Positions 1 through 10,723 of a stretch of DNA of 64,000 bases are shown piece by piece; positions within the stretch are counted from its first letter, which is position 1, and the number at the start of each line of letters is the position of its first letter. The notes under the pieces are model-generated. The model did not search any database, was not told the origin of the DNA, and saw nothing but the letters and a program-made list of their open reading frames with translations. Location: assembly GCA_042408215.1 (NCBI GenBank), contig JAYFMW010000006.1, positions 960,001 through 1,024,000 on the forward strand, given 5' to 3'. Source of the DNA: Microcoleus sp. Its GTDB lineage: Bacteria; Cyanobacteriota; Cyanobacteriia; Cyanobacteriales; Microcoleaceae. The translations under genes were made by a program, and so were the position numbers.

Positions 1-1129
1 CCGGTTCAATACCCAAGTGATTGATATCCCGTCCGCTAGGAGTAAAATATTTAGCGATCGTCACAGCTAAACCGGCACCGTTACCAACACCGCGTACCGA
101 CTGTACTAAACCTTTCCCAAAGGTCTTTGTTCCCACCAAAACCGCACGCTTGTTGTCTTGTAAAGCACCGGAAAGAATCTCGCTAGCACTTGCAGAACCG
201 CCGTCTACCAGTATCACTAACGGTTTGTCAGTGAGCGCTTTTTGATTGGCTGTTTGTCGATCGGTCTCACCAGCTCGATCGACCGTGGAGACGATCGTAC
301 CTTGTTTGAGCCACATCCGAGCAATTTCAATACTCCCGTACAGCAAGCCGCCCGGATTGGAACGCAGGTCTAAAATATAACCTGTCACCTTTTTCTTTTC
401 CAAATCCTGCACAGACGATCGCATTTCCGATGCAGCATTTGCACTAAACTGATTCAGGCGAATATAGCCGATTTCCCCGATCGGACTTTTCTGCACCGAA
501 TGTCGCACGGGATGAATTTCAATCTTAGCCCGCTTCAGCTTAAATTCTAATTCCTTATTGTTGCGGACAATAGTCAGCGTCACCCCAGTATTAACCGGGC
601 CGCGAATCAAATTTACAGCTTGATTCGTATCCATCCCCTCGGTACTCTTGCCGTCTATTTTAGTAATAATATCTTTTGATTGAATGCCAGCCTTAAAAGC
701 AGGAGTATCTTCGATCGGCGAAATCACCACCAACTTCTTAGTTTTCTCATCTTGAGTCAACTGAAGCCCCACTCCTGTCAATTCCCCAGAAGTGTCAACC
801 TGCATATTTTTGAACTCTTCCGGGTTCATAAACCGCGTATAAGGATCATCCAGCTTCTTCAGCATTTCCCGAACAGCCTTATAAGCTTGCTCATCGCTAG
901 TATAAGTCCGGTTCAAATAATCATTCCGCACCGCTTTCCAGTCAACCTGGTTAAAAGTGCCATCTACATAACTTTTGTCAATAATCTGCCAAACTTCATC
1001 AACCAACTCTTTAGGACTTCCCCTAAAAGAAGCCAGAGATTTAGAACTGCATCCAGTGTTAGCAAGAGTTACAGCAGTAAGTACCACCGCTGCTGTACTT
1101 AAAAGGAGCCCTCGTTTTGTTATAACCAT
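1..1129 (-). CDS. ctpC: Carboxyl-terminal processing protease (S41 family, CtpC-like); 3' end runs off the window
   Basis: Absent from the ORF track because it has no stop in the window. Manual translation from ATG 1129 gives MVITKRGLLLSTAAVVLT...SPKELVDEVWQIIDKSYVDGTFNQVDWKAVR, a PDZ region, DLRSNPGG, ASASEI and GTKTFGKG motifs. The paralog assignment (C vs A/B) is less certain than the family. Confidence 0.85.
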   Translation of the reverse strand, partial: MVITKRGLLLSTAAVVLTAVTLANTGCSSKSLASFRGSPKELVDEVWQIIDKSYVDGTFNQVDWKAVRNDYLNRTYTSDEQAYKAVREMLKKLDDPYTRFMNPEEFKNMQVDTSGELTGVGLQLTQDEKTKKLVVISPIEDTPAFKAGIQSKDIITKIDGKSTEGMDTNQAVNLIRGPVNTGVTLTIVRNNKELEFKLKRAKIEIHPVRHSVQKSPIGEIGYIRLNQFSANAASEMRSSVQDLEKKKVTGYILDLRSNPGGLLYGSIEIARMWLKQGTIVSTVDRAGETDRQTANQKALTDKPLVILVDGGSASASEILSGALQDNKRAVLVGTKTFGKGLVQSVRGVGNGAGLAVTIAKYFTPSGRDINHLGIEP

Positions 1130-1238
1130 TTGTCTGACGCGCCGGAGCAAAGAGTTGAAAATAATTACGCCCAATCTAACACAAGCAAGGCCCGGTCGCA
1201 GTTGGCGTAGATATATTATTTAACTTTGTTGGGTTCTG

Positions 1239-1438
1239 CGGTATCAACTTAAGAGTGAAACCCTCTGTCTTTCTCGTTTGTATCGAAGCCTAGATCCCCC
1301 TAAATCCCCCTTAAGAAGGGGGACTTTAACCCCACCTGTCCCCCCTTAACAAAGACTTAGATCGCTCTTGTCCCACCCCCTACTCCCCGAACTCGCGGGG
1401 GGTTAGGGGGGATCTCCGGGTTTAAAAACACGCATTAG
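1239..1438. repeat. Degenerate MITE/hairpin repeat (GATCCCCCTAAATCCCCCTTAAG...GGGGGATC family)
   Basis: Starts with a decayed GGTATCAACTTAAG end and carries the same core hairpin seen at 27.4, 30.3, 38.3, 40.2, 49.9 and 50.8 kb. Confidence 0.7.
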
Positions 1439-1454
1439 GGGCGATCGAGAGCAA

Positions 1455-2675
1455 TTAAGGCTCAACCCAGCGATCGTCAGATTTAATCAAATCAATCAAT
1501 GCTGCCACCCCTTGGTCTTCCGGCACCTTCTTAATTTCATCCCGGCCCCGGTACAGCGAGATATAACCCGGTTGCTTCCCGACGTAACCGTAATCAGCAT
1601 CAGCCATTTCTCCCGGCCCATTGACAATACAGCCCATTACTGCTATGTCCAAACCCGTGAGATGCTTCGTCGCCTCTCTCACTTTGTGTAACACTTCCTC
1701 TAAATTAAACAAAGTGCGACCGCAGGAAGGACAAGCGACATACTCAACCATCGTTTTCCGCAGTCCCAAGGCTTGCAGAATGCTGTAGCAGACAGGAATC
1801 TCCTTTTCTGGGGCCTCTGTCAGTGAGACGCGGATGGTGTCGCCGATGCCCTCAACTAACAAAGGTGCAAGGCCAGCGGTGGATTTGATGCGGCCGTATT
1901 CGCCGTCTCCTGCTTCCGTCACACCCAAATGCAGCGGGTAATCCATGCCCAAATCATCCATCCGCTTGACCATCAAGCGGTAGGCGGCAACCATCACCGG
2001 GGCGCGGGAGGCTTTCAGGGAAAGTACGATATTGCGGAAGTCGAGGGATTCGCAAATTTTGATGAATTCCAAGGCCGACTCTACCATGCCTTGCGGGGTG
2101 TCACCGTAGGTAAACAGCATCCGTTCGGCGAGGGAACCGTGATTAACCCCGATTCGCAAAGCTTTACCTTGGTCGCGCAGGGAAATCACCAGAGGTTCTA
2201 GGGTTTCGCGGATTTTGTCGCCAATTTCCCCGAATTCGGCTGGTGTGTATTCGGTTCTGTCAGTTGTGGGTTTCTCGAACACGTACAAACCCGGATTGAT
2301 TCTCACTTTGTCTACGTGTTTTGCCACTTCGAGGGCAATTTTCATGCCGTTGTGGTGGACATCGGCCACGAGGGGCACTGGTTGGTAGGTGGCGTGCAGT
2401 TTTTGCTTGATTTCGGCTAATGCTTTGGCGTGGGCCATGCTGGGCACGGTGACGCGGACGATTTCGCAGCCAATTTCGTGTAAGCGCCGAATTCCGGCGA
2501 CTGAACCGTCGATGTCGAGGGTGTCTTCGTTGATCATCGACTGAACTACGACGGGGTAGCCACCGCCGATGGTAACACTCCCGACTTTGACGGGCCGGGT
2601 TTTACGGCGTTTGATGCTGGTGTCGAATGCGGGTTCGGCGGAGGGGGTTTTAGTGGGATTGGGCAGAGTTTGCAT
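1455..2675 (-). CDS. ispG: (E)-4-hydroxy-3-methylbut-2-enyl-diphosphate synthase
   Basis: [46 protein letters not shown] and [10 protein letters not shown] motifs; start trimmed to MQTLP. Confidence 0.97.
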   Translation of the reverse strand: MQTLPNPTKTPSAEPAFDTSIKRRKTRPVKVGSVTIGGGYPVVVQSMINEDTLDIDGSVAGIRRLHEIGCEIVRVTVPSMAHAKALAEIKQKLHATYQPVPLVADVHHNGMKIALEVAKHVDKVRINPGLYVFEKPTTDRTEYTPAEFGEIGDKIRETLEPLVISLRDQGKALRIGVNHGSLAERMLFTYGDTPQGMVESALEFIKICESLDFRNIVLSLKASRAPVMVAAYRLMVKRMDDLGMDYPLHLGVTEAGDGEYGRIKSTAGLAPLLVEGIGDTIRVSLTEAPEKEIPVCYSILQALGLRKTMVEYVACPSCGRTLFNLEEVLHKVREATKHLTGLDIAVMGCIVNGPGEMADADYGYVGKQPGYISLYRGRDEIKKVPEDQGVAALIDLIKSDDRWVEP

Positions 2676-2908
2676 AACTGGTTGGTAGATTTCTGTTACG
2701 AAAAGTTTATAAAATTGTGTCGCCTGTGTTTTAGGTTTGCACAAAAAGGGTCATCCAATTTTAGATTTTAGATTTTCGATTTTAGATTGAGCCCACGGAT
2801 TCGTCCGGGGGCTTGTTTAACAGTCGATCAATTTTAGGTACAATTTAAGATTCTTGTGGGCGATCGCATCTAGCAAAATTGTCTAGATGGTTTGGAGTCT
2901 TAAGCATT

Positions 2909-3017
2909 TACAGCGGAAACCGCTGTTATGAGGTACACCCACTTATCGTTCAATCCTCCTAGGGACACTCCAAGAGCCGTGTCCCTACCGTGTTTCATAA
3001 CAGCGGGAACTGCTGTA
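2909..3017. mobile_element. Short TA-flanked MITE enclosing a REP-like hairpin (also duplicated at 9922-10030)
   Basis: Imperfect TIRs TACAGCGGAAACCGCTGTTATGA / TCATAACAGCGGGAACTGCTGTA; internal TAGGGACAC...GTGTCCCTAC hairpin; relatives at 38209-38546, 50705-51055 and ~54641-54752. Confidence 0.65.
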
Positions 3018-3069
3018 TGCCTGGTCGTCGGATATTCTGAAGCGCGATCGCACTTTTTAACTCATCAAT

Positions 3070-4056
3070 TCATGCAAGTGCAGACTCCAACCAAGCTATT
3101 ACATCCTCTTGAGTCGTAAAATCTAACAAAGCTGCTCCTAAATCATCTAACTCTTCACCAGATAACTGCTGGATATTAGCTTCAATTTCCGGTGCAACCT
3201 CGCCCACACGTCGCACAATCTGACGCAGAATTAATGCTATTTGTCCTGCAAGTTTCCCCCTTTCTATCCCCTGTTCAATGCCTTGTTCAATGCCTTGTTC
3301 AATGCCTTGTTGTATCCCCTGTTCGATTCCCTGTTGCAGTCCGATTTCTATCCCTTTCATCACCGAGCCGAGCTGATCTTGGATAAACATTTCTCGCTTG
3401 TCCAAATCTTCCGCTTCTTTGAGTGTTAAATTTTCTCGATCGGCAATTATCAGCGCGCTATTAATCTCTGGTACTGAGCTCAGTGTAGCTGGTACTGCAT
3501 CCAAAATAGGACTGTTTTTCATGAAGTAAATCCACTTTTCGGCTAGAGTTTCGAGTTCGTTCAATTCTTTTTTGAACTTCGGCAACTCAACAAACACTAA
3601 CTTTAACTCACAATTTGGATAGGCGAATTTTTCTTCTGTTTCTGTGAAAACAAAGTTAGAAATAAGTTTTTCTGTATTTTCAAATAAGATAAAATCGGTG
3701 ATGGTTAAAGCAATCACTGGATTTAATTTTAAGTAGCCTTCTCCAGCTTTTAGTTGAGTTGAATAGGTTTTAGCTGCATTGTAAACTACTCTTTTTTCAA
3801 AAGTGGCTACATTGAGTACCTGCATTTCTACAATCACTGTTTTGTTGCCGGTGATTTGAGCTTTCACATCCAGGTAAGTGTCTTTCAATCCTGTAACGCT
3901 GGCTGCTGAATAAGGGTCAATGATTTCTAGGTCTTGAATTGTGGGTTCTCCGTCATAGAGCATTGCATTCAGGAAGCTAATCAAAATTTCGGGATGTTCG
4001 GAAGATCCGAATATCCTTTGGAAGGCAAAATCTGTTTTGGGACTGATAAAACGCAT
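3070..4056 (-). CDS. Rpn family recombination-promoting nuclease/putative transposase (PD-(D/E)XK) with GIEQ repeats and DUF4351-like C-terminus
   Basis: MRFISPKTDFAF.RIFG, YLDVKA, VEMQV, FVELPKF and KWIYF motifs; 12-nt tandem repeats near the C-terminus. Confidence 0.9.
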   Translation of the reverse strand: MRFISPKTDFAFQRIFGSSEHPEILISFLNAMLYDGEPTIQDLEIIDPYSAASVTGLKDTYLDVKAQITGNKTVIVEMQVLNVATFEKRVVYNAAKTYSTQLKAGEGYLKLNPVIALTITDFILFENTEKLISNFVFTETEEKFAYPNCELKLVFVELPKFKKELNELETLAEKWIYFMKNSPILDAVPATLSSVPEINSALIIADRENLTLKEAEDLDKREMFIQDQLGSVMKGIEIGLQQGIEQGIQQGIEQGIEQGIEQGIERGKLAGQIALILRQIVRRVGEVAPEIEANIQQLSGEELDDLGAALLDFTTQEDVIAWLESALA

Positions 4057-4081
4057 ATATAGAAGGAAGAAGGAAGTTCGG

Positions 4082-4140
4082 CAACGGATTCTATAACGGA
4101 TGTAACGGATGTAACGGATGTAACGGATGTAATGGATGTC
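4082..4140. repeat. Nonamer tandem repeat (TAACGGATG)n; related copies at 12727-12785 and 25293-25381
   Basis: Visible tandem units, preceded by AAGTTCGGCAACGGATTCT in all copies. Confidence 0.85.
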
Positions 4141-4283
4141 AGTCAGAAAGAAGAAGTCGATGTGAAAATGCCATACTTGAGCGATTTTTAGGTTTGTAGT
4201 TGCGCTGAGCGCGAGTCAACGCGCAACTACAAAGCTTTTTTCAATGTGACACTTGGCCTTACTCCTGTATGTAAATGGAGCTA

Positions 4284-4479
4284 TCAGCCTGTAGCTCGAT
4301 CGGCATTTGCAGCAGACATCACTAGCTTTCCAGCTATGTCCATCGTCGCCAGCTTCAGCACTTCATTAAAAGCTAAACCCCGAATTTTTAGCTCCCATCG
4401 AATGCCTTTTGCTTTCATCCGCTTGGCTTTCCGCATATCGACATCAGCAGCTTTTTGATTCAAGAGCAAATATTTCATT
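4284..4479 (-). pseudogene. 5'-truncated copy of the hypothetical gene at 12929-13294
   Basis: Matches the last 64 codons of that ORF; truncated at the repeat/cargo junction. Confidence 0.85.
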
Positions 4480-6097
4480 TAGACAAATACGACTGACGCA
4501 AATGCCAGACTATCTCACGCCGCATTTCGCTGAGAATCCGCTGTCCCCGTTCACAATGTTCCAACTTGATGTCATCGACATAGAACCGCACCAGCGTGTC
4601 TCGCGTGTAATCTCCATTCAGGTCATTGATCCAGATTTTGGGATCTTGCCATTCATTGCGTGAACTCTTGAAGTTTTCTCGCAACCATTCGCGAAAGCTT
4701 TCTACCAGAGCGTCTAATCGCGTTTCTAACCCTTTGGGATTACTGATTGCCCAAAACAGCTTGTTGACTTTTATCTTCAACAAATCAATCTTCTGTTCCC
4801 ACTCTTGCTTCAACGCTTGCTGGTCTTCTTGAAATAGGTCAGGGTCTTTCAACCAGTACTGATACCAACGGCGCATCAGCCCAATCAAACTACTCTCGGA
4901 TACTGTTCCGGTAGCTTCAATAAGCCAGCGTCTGCGACGGTCATGTCGATCGGACTTTTTTGATTCCAGTCCAATCTTTTGACAAAGTTCCAGATAGTGT
5001 GCTTGCACTGTTCGCCGCTCCTCTATATCTAATCCGCCCCTTTCTAATTGGGAGATGATATCGGCTAGGTGCGCCAAACCCATTTCAATCTCAGCTAGTA
5101 CAGTATTCACCTTAGACTCAGCTAACAAGCGTTGCCGTCCCGCCTCTCGCTTCTGTTGCGATTTTACCCCAGGTAAAGAGTAGCCATAAAACTGGTCAAC
5201 TAATTCTAACTTCTTGTTAATTTCGCCCATAGTATCGGGGTGCGCCAGCACGACTTTTTCCATCATGGAGACGGCTAGAGCCGGGGCAACATCTGCTTTG
5301 ATGGGGATGGAGATCGTGTAGTAGTAATGATTGGTCGGACGGCTGAGGTTAATAATGTCCTGCCCTTCAAACGCGGCATTGGGGATGTAAATTTGTGAGT
5401 GCGTGTCAATGAGATACAGTTCGGTTAATCGCAGCCCAATGTGTTTGATCACACCTCTTTTACCGTTGGCTAGCTCAATCACATCCCCAAAGCGAAACGG
5501 TGTATCGATGAGCAAAACTAACCCACTGAAGAAGTTTGCCAGAATATCTTTTAGCGCAAACCCTAAGATAAAACTCAATCCTCCGATGGCAACTAACACA
5601 CCTTGGATGTCAACACCGAATGCCTGGAGAAACAGCAGTCCACCCATTAAGTAAACAATTAAAGGGAGAACATTTTGTAGGATGGGAGTCAGAACATCAT
5701 CCCACATTGCCTCGGAGCGTGCGGCATACTGCCTAAAAGCATAGCTCACAACCTCAGTAAGCAATTGAACCACCCAAAAGGTGGCGACAATGACAAGAAA
5801 AGCGGTCAAGCCTCGGTGGAACCAAGTAATGTAACTTGTAGGAGTGACAGATAGCTTCAGTAATGCCAGCTTCAAACCGCTCGCGAACACAATGAGTGTC
5901 AGCGGCGTTTCTGAGACGTTGAGTGCAACTAAGGCAAGGTCGGAGGTAAATACACGGAACACCCTCCGCAAAATACCAAACAGTAGGTAGAGAGCAATAA
6001 CGACAACACCAATAATGCCGAAGTTAAGCAAAAATGCACCCCATCCTGGAGCAGAAAAAATGGCTAACAGAAACGTAGAACTGCTGATCGTCGTCAT
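4475..6097 (-). CDS. Mechanosensitive ion channel (MscS family) with long C-terminal domain
   Basis: Multiple TM helices, then GFALKDILANFFSGL, PFRFGDVI, IGLRLT and IPN motifs. Confidence 0.92.
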   Translation of the reverse strand: MTTISSSTFLLAIFSAPGWGAFLLNFGIIGVVVIALYLLFGILRRVFRVFTSDLALVALNVSETPLTLIVFASGLKLALLKLSVTPTSYITWFHRGLTAFLVIVATFWVVQLLTEVVSYAFRQYAARSEAMWDDVLTPILQNVLPLIVYLMGGLLFLQAFGVDIQGVLVAIGGLSFILGFALKDILANFFSGLVLLIDTPFRFGDVIELANGKRGVIKHIGLRLTELYLIDTHSQIYIPNAAFEGQDIINLSRPTNHYYYTISIPIKADVAPALAVSMMEKVVLAHPDTMGEINKKLELVDQFYGYSLPGVKSQQKREAGRQRLLAESKVNTVLAEIEMGLAHLADIISQLERGGLDIEERRTVQAHYLELCQKIGLESKKSDRHDRRRRWLIEATGTVSESSLIGLMRRWYQYWLKDPDLFQEDQQALKQEWEQKIDLLKIKVNKLFWAISNPKGLETRLDALVESFREWLRENFKSSRNEWQDPKIWINDLNGDYTRDTLVRFYVDDIKLEHCERGQRILSEMRREIVWHLRQSYLSK

Positions 6098-6353
6098 TTG
6101 GTAACCGACTCCATAGATCCGTAAAGTATGTAAAAATGGTGCTTGACATAGTTTTAGATAAGTGTTAATTAATGAAAGGGATGCTCTTTCAAAAATAGAA
6201 ATATAAAAAAACTAAAACAAGCATTTAGCTGCTGGATTTGCTAGAGAAAACTTCTAGATCGCCACGAAGCACAGTTGCTTCACAGCCACCACGAAGCAGA
6301 GTTGCTTCACAGCCTATCATAAATTTTTCTGTTTTATATTTGTTTCACCCCTG

Positions 6354-7298
6354 ATGAATGAATCCAATAAAACGACGATGGCGATCGCCTCATTATTTGT
6401 CGGTGTAGTCGCCATATCTTTTGGCTCTATCTTTATTAGATGGAGTGAAGCTGAACTCAGCCCCAATGCTACAATATTTAATCGCTTTTGGCTAGGTAGT
6501 GTCGTCTTCGCGCTGTGGCAAGGATACAAGGCGATACGTCAGAGACTTTCTGGTGACAAACCCGTTCAACAGCACTCATACACCAGTCAGGAGCTTTTGC
6601 TATTGCTGGGTGCTGGGACTTTTTTTGCTGCCACCTTATCCTTTGTAGCTTGGTCGCTGACTCAAACCAGCATCGCTATCTCGACAATCCTACATAATCT
6701 AGCCCCGATATTTACCAGCTTAGGAGCGTGGTTGTTATTCGGTCAAGGCTTTAACCGCCAATTTCTGATTGGGATGGTCGTCGCCATTGGGGGAGCGATC
6801 GCCATTGAAATCCAGCAGATCCAAATCGCCACTGGTGAAGTCACAGGAGGCATAGCAGCCATCCTCTCTGCGGTTTTCTTGGGTGCATACCTGCTGGTGA
6901 TAGAACAACTGAGAACCAAATTTGACCCCATCACAATTCAGTTGTGGGTTTGTGCGATCGCTACTTTATCCATCTTGCCCATACTTGTGTTCACTGGCGA
7001 TCGGCTTTTTCCTTCTTCAGTCAATGGGTGGCTGTTCGTCATTTTTCTCGCCCTCGTCTGCCAAGTTTTAGGTCAGGGACTTTTAACATATAGCGTTGCT
7101 CGGTTGTCCTCAGTGGTTGTCTCCTTAGTACATTTGTTAGAGCCAGTATTTAGCAGCATTTTGGCTTGGGCCCTATTTTGGGAAAAGTTAAGTTTCTCGA
7201 ATTGGGTAGGTTTTGCCCTAGTTCTCATCGGTCTATACCTAGCTGTATCTAGCCAAGCGGCTGTCGATATCCGGCAAAATCAGCTAGAGAGCGGGTAG
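6354..7298 (+). CDS. DMT/EamA family transporter
   Basis: About 10 TM helices in two EamA repeats; SLTQTS, APIF and GQGLL..LLEPV motifs. Confidence 0.92.
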   Translation: MNESNKTTMAIASLFVGVVAISFGSIFIRWSEAELSPNATIFNRFWLGSVVFALWQGYKAIRQRLSGDKPVQQHSYTSQELLLLLGAGTFFAATLSFVAWSLTQTSIAISTILHNLAPIFTSLGAWLLFGQGFNRQFLIGMVVAIGGAIAIEIQQIQIATGEVTGGIAAILSAVFLGAYLLVIEQLRTKFDPITIQLWVCAIATLSILPILVFTGDRLFPSSVNGWLFVIFLALVCQVLGQGLLTYSVARLSSVVVSLVHLLEPVFSSILAWALFWEKLSFSNWVGFALVLIGLYLAVSSQAAVDIRQNQLESG

Positions 7299-7439
7299 TC
7301 ACCATTAGACATCTCCCATAATTATTGTGGAACAGGCAGGATGCCTGTTCTTGACAAGCTTTTTGGGAGATGTCTATTACTATTTGTTTCAACGGCAAGC
7401 AACGGAACAAGACTTGGCTCAAAAAATCAGCACAACTAG

Positions 7440-8429
7440 ATGTCAACACATTTGTTAAAAAGTATGACAGCCAAACTGGAATTAGCACAGCAACCGTTGC
7501 CCAGAACACCAACTTGGATCGCAACTGCTTCATTATTTGCCAGCCTAATCCCCCTATCTTTAGCACCAATCCTGGTCAAATTGTGCGAACGAGAAATAGG
7601 TTCAAATGCCGTAGCATTCCATCGTGGCTGGATCGCTACCATCATCTTTGGGTTGTTGAGCGGACTTGAGGCTTTGGAGCGCCAAAAATCTGATAACCAA
7701 CCCGTAGAACAGAAGCCTTTTACGAGACGAGAATTCGGGCTATTGGTAGCATTGGGAACTTTCGGAGCGACCTACTTTCTCCTATGGTCTTTGTCGCTGA
7801 CTCAAACCAACGTTGCCAACGTTACGTTATTTTGTGGTTTGAACCCACTGTTTGTCGGCTTGGGGGGGTGGTTGTTATTAGGTCGGCACTATAATAGCAG
7901 ATTCATTATTGGCATGATCGTGGCACTGGGGGGAGCGATCGCTATGGGATTGGATGACGTGCAGTTCGCCACTAACCAAGTACAAGGTAATGCCCTCGCC
8001 TTGCTATCGGGGATTTGTTTTGCTGCGTATCTGATACTGCTAGAACTGCTACGAGAACGATTTACCACGGCAACCTTATTGCTGTGGCGCTGCGCCTTCA
8101 CGACTATGTTTGCGTTTCCCGTCCTCGCACTCGCCGAAGAAACATTGTTTCCCCATTCCTGGATGGGGTGGTTTTTCGTAATTTTGCAAGCCATCTTGTG
8201 CCAAGTGTTGGGTCAAGGACTTTTGGCTTACAGCCTCAGCCAACTGTCGTCAGGGTTCGTCGCCGTCACGCTGCTTTTCGAGCCAGTCCTTGCCTCAATC
8301 TTCGCTTGGGTAATTTTCTCTGAACGCTTGGGTTTCCTTGACTTGGTGGCGTTTGTCGTGATTTTATGCGGTATCTATGTAGCTCAATCGAGTCAATCTG
8401 CCGTTAAAGAAACCAGCGAGGTAGCGTAA
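7440..8429 (+). CDS. DMT/EamA family transporter (paralog of the preceding gene)
   Basis: Same architecture: SLTQTNVA, CQVLGQGLLAYS, FEPV. Confidence 0.92.
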   Translation: MSTHLLKSMTAKLELAQQPLPRTPTWIATASLFASLIPLSLAPILVKLCEREIGSNAVAFHRGWIATIIFGLLSGLEALERQKSDNQPVEQKPFTRREFGLLVALGTFGATYFLLWSLSLTQTNVANVTLFCGLNPLFVGLGGWLLLGRHYNSRFIIGMIVALGGAIAMGLDDVQFATNQVQGNALALLSGICFAAYLILLELLRERFTTATLLLWRCAFTTMFAFPVLALAEETLFPHSWMGWFFVILQAILCQVLGQGLLAYSLSQLSSGFVAVTLLFEPVLASIFAWVIFSERLGFLDLVAFVVILCGIYVAQSSQSAVKETSEVA

Positions 8430-8657
8430 TTAATGCGCGATCGCTATGATTGTCACTTCGGGGACAGTATCAAACTAGGCAACAACTAAATCTGTAACTA
8501 ATCGAGGATCAAAAGGAGTACATTAATCATCGATCGAAGATGTCGCTCTACCAGTGTTCAACTGTTGCTGGCGATCGCACTTCCACCATACAAGTCCGGT
8601 GCTACCGGACTTGATATCTGTAGTTTACTACATAATTGAAGTGCGGAATGTGGGAAT

Positions 8658-9380
8658 TCAAATATTAGTAGAACAAGAACAGATAAAATCAGATATTTGG
8701 AAATTACCAAATCCACACAGGATACAAGGCTGCCACGCCAAAAATCGATCAAAGTTAAGCGTAGGAAAAATTAGTAATGCAGCTATAAACCACATAATGC
8801 AGCCAATAATAATGTCAAGAATTCGCCACGCAGATGGACGTTGGAAAAATGGCGTTAGCCAAACAGCGCCATATGCAAGTGCGAAAAACCAGATAAAGGA
8901 AGAAAGAATTGCGCCAAGTGCGAAAAAAATGCGTTGACTCACCTTGTATTGATCAGCCAAACCACCAACCAGTACCACAGTGTCGAGATAGACCTGTGGG
9001 TTTAGGAGGCTGAGTGCCAGCGTCGTCAGAACATTGCTCCAAAGACTTGTTGGTTGAATATCCAGTTTATCTATATCTATCGCTGCTGGTGCAAAAGCAG
9101 ATTTAAATGAATACAAGCCATAAAATAAAAGAAACACCACGCCAGCCCATAGAGCTATATTAGTTAGTTCTGGAATATTCGAGCTTAGTGTACCGAACCC
9201 TATAGTACCGATAATAATTAGAGTGGCGTCACATAGGAAGCAGATGCTTGCAGTTGCGAAAACATATTCGCGTTTGAGACCTTGACGCAAAACGTAGGCG
9301 TTTTGAGTACCAATGGCGACTATTAGTCCAGCAAACAAGGTAAACCCGTTAAGGAATACAATCGGTAAAAACTCAGGCAT
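8658..9380 (-). CDS. LysE/ArgO family amino-acid exporter
   Basis: LIVAIGTQNAYVLRQGL, SLLNPQVYLDTVVLVG and WRILD motifs. Start set at MPEFL; the longer ORF-track start lies inside the inserted element. Confidence 0.9.
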   Translation of the reverse strand: MPEFLPIVFLNGFTLFAGLIVAIGTQNAYVLRQGLKREYVFATASICFLCDATLIIIGTIGFGTLSSNIPELTNIALWAGVVFLLFYGLYSFKSAFAPAAIDIDKLDIQPTSLWSNVLTTLALSLLNPQVYLDTVVLVGGLADQYKVSQRIFFALGAILSSFIWFFALAYGAVWLTPFFQRPSAWRILDIIIGCIMWFIAALLIFPTLNFDRFLAWQPCILCGFGNFQISDFICSCSTNI

Positions 9381-9385
9381 TTTAC

Positions 9386-9766
9386 CGAAAAACGAACCAA
9401 AGCCCCTGGCTTTAGACATGGGGATGTAGGTGATTAGCCGCTTTAGCCGCCTTGAGTTTGATATAATCAAGAAGTGATTAAGAACAATTGTCTACGTGTT
9501 GAAGTATTCTAGTCTCGGTGAGATTCCGGCACAGTAAGTCACTACTGCCAATGGCAGCAAGCCTATACAACTGACAAGCAATATCAGAATACGGAGCGTA
9601 CCTATCTGGCTAAGTGATGAACTCTGAAAGCAAAAAACTCAAAAAGTAAGCCCAATTGCAGCACCGCCAAGTAGTTGTTTTGAGGGTCTAGAGGGATACT
9701 TGAATGTCCCACTGTCGCCTTTTGGTTGGCAGGAATCCCCTAGCTTCTAGCTATGGGGAGGTTCAA
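9386..9766 (+). mobile_element. Non-autonomous IS200/IS605-family element (no tnpA/tnpB)
   Basis: Follows TTAC; left hairpin AGCCCCTGGCTTTAGACATGGGGA; right end GAATCCCCTAGCTTCTAGCTATGGGGAGGTTCAA; no TSD; excision restores an SD-ATG arrangement. Confidence 0.8.
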
Positions 9767-10723
9767 ACAAACTCCTTTAGCATTTGGACTTTGGACAAAA
9801 AAGATGACGTTCGTCGCGTAAATTATGATTCTGTTGGCGAATTGCGATATACCTCTGGCGTCTGCTCTTCGGGCGATCGCATCTAGCAAAATTGTCTAGA
9901 TGGTTTGGAGTCTTAAGCATTTACAGCGGAAACCGCTGTTATGAGGTACACCCACTTATCGTTCAATCCTCCTAGGGACACTCCAAGAGCCGTGTCCCTA
10001 CCGTGTTTCATAACAGCGGGAACTGCTGTATGCCTGGTCAAAGGATATTCTGAAGCGCGATCGCACTTTTTAACTCATCAATTCATGCAAGTGCAGACTC
10101 CAACCAAGCTATTACATCCTCTTGAGTCGTAAAATCTAACAAAGCTGCTCCTAAATCATCTAACTCTTCACCAGATAACTGCTGGATATTAGCTTCAATT
10201 TCCGGTGCAACCTCGCCCACACGTCGCACAATCTGACGCAGAATTAATGCTATTTGTCCTGCAAGTTTCCCCCTTTCTATCCCCTGTTCAATGCCTTGTT
10301 CAATGCCTTGTTCAATGCCTTGTTGTATCCCCTGTTCGATTCCCTGTTGCAGTCCGATTTCTATCCCTTTCATCACCGAGCCGAGCTGATCTTGGATAAA
10401 CATTTCTCGCTTGTCCAAATCTTCCGCTTCTTTGAGTGTTAAATTTTCTCGATCGGCAATTATCAGCGCGCTATTAATCTCTGGTACTGAGCTCAGTGTA
10501 GCTGGTACTGCATCCAAAATAGGACTGTTTTTCATGAAGTAAATCCACTTTTCGGCTAGAGTTTCGAGTTCGTTCAATTCTTTTTTGAACTTCGGCAACT
10601 CAACAAACACTAACTTTAACTCACAATTTGGATAGGCGAATTTTTCTTCTGTTTCTGTGAAAACAAAGTTAGAAATAAGTTTTTCTGTATTTTCAAATAA
10701 GATAAAATCGGTGATGGTTAAAG

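Larger units (their letters stand above)
2858..4479. repeat. Long direct repeat, copy 1 (~1.62 kb)
   Basis: Nearly identical to 9871-10723 joined to 12356-13124. Confidence 0.95.

Noticed and set aside
2676..2744. N-terminal extensions in the ORF track (ispG, LysE, transposase, CBS, DUF3110, TPR)
   Set aside because: Family-typical N-termini begin at downstream ATGs
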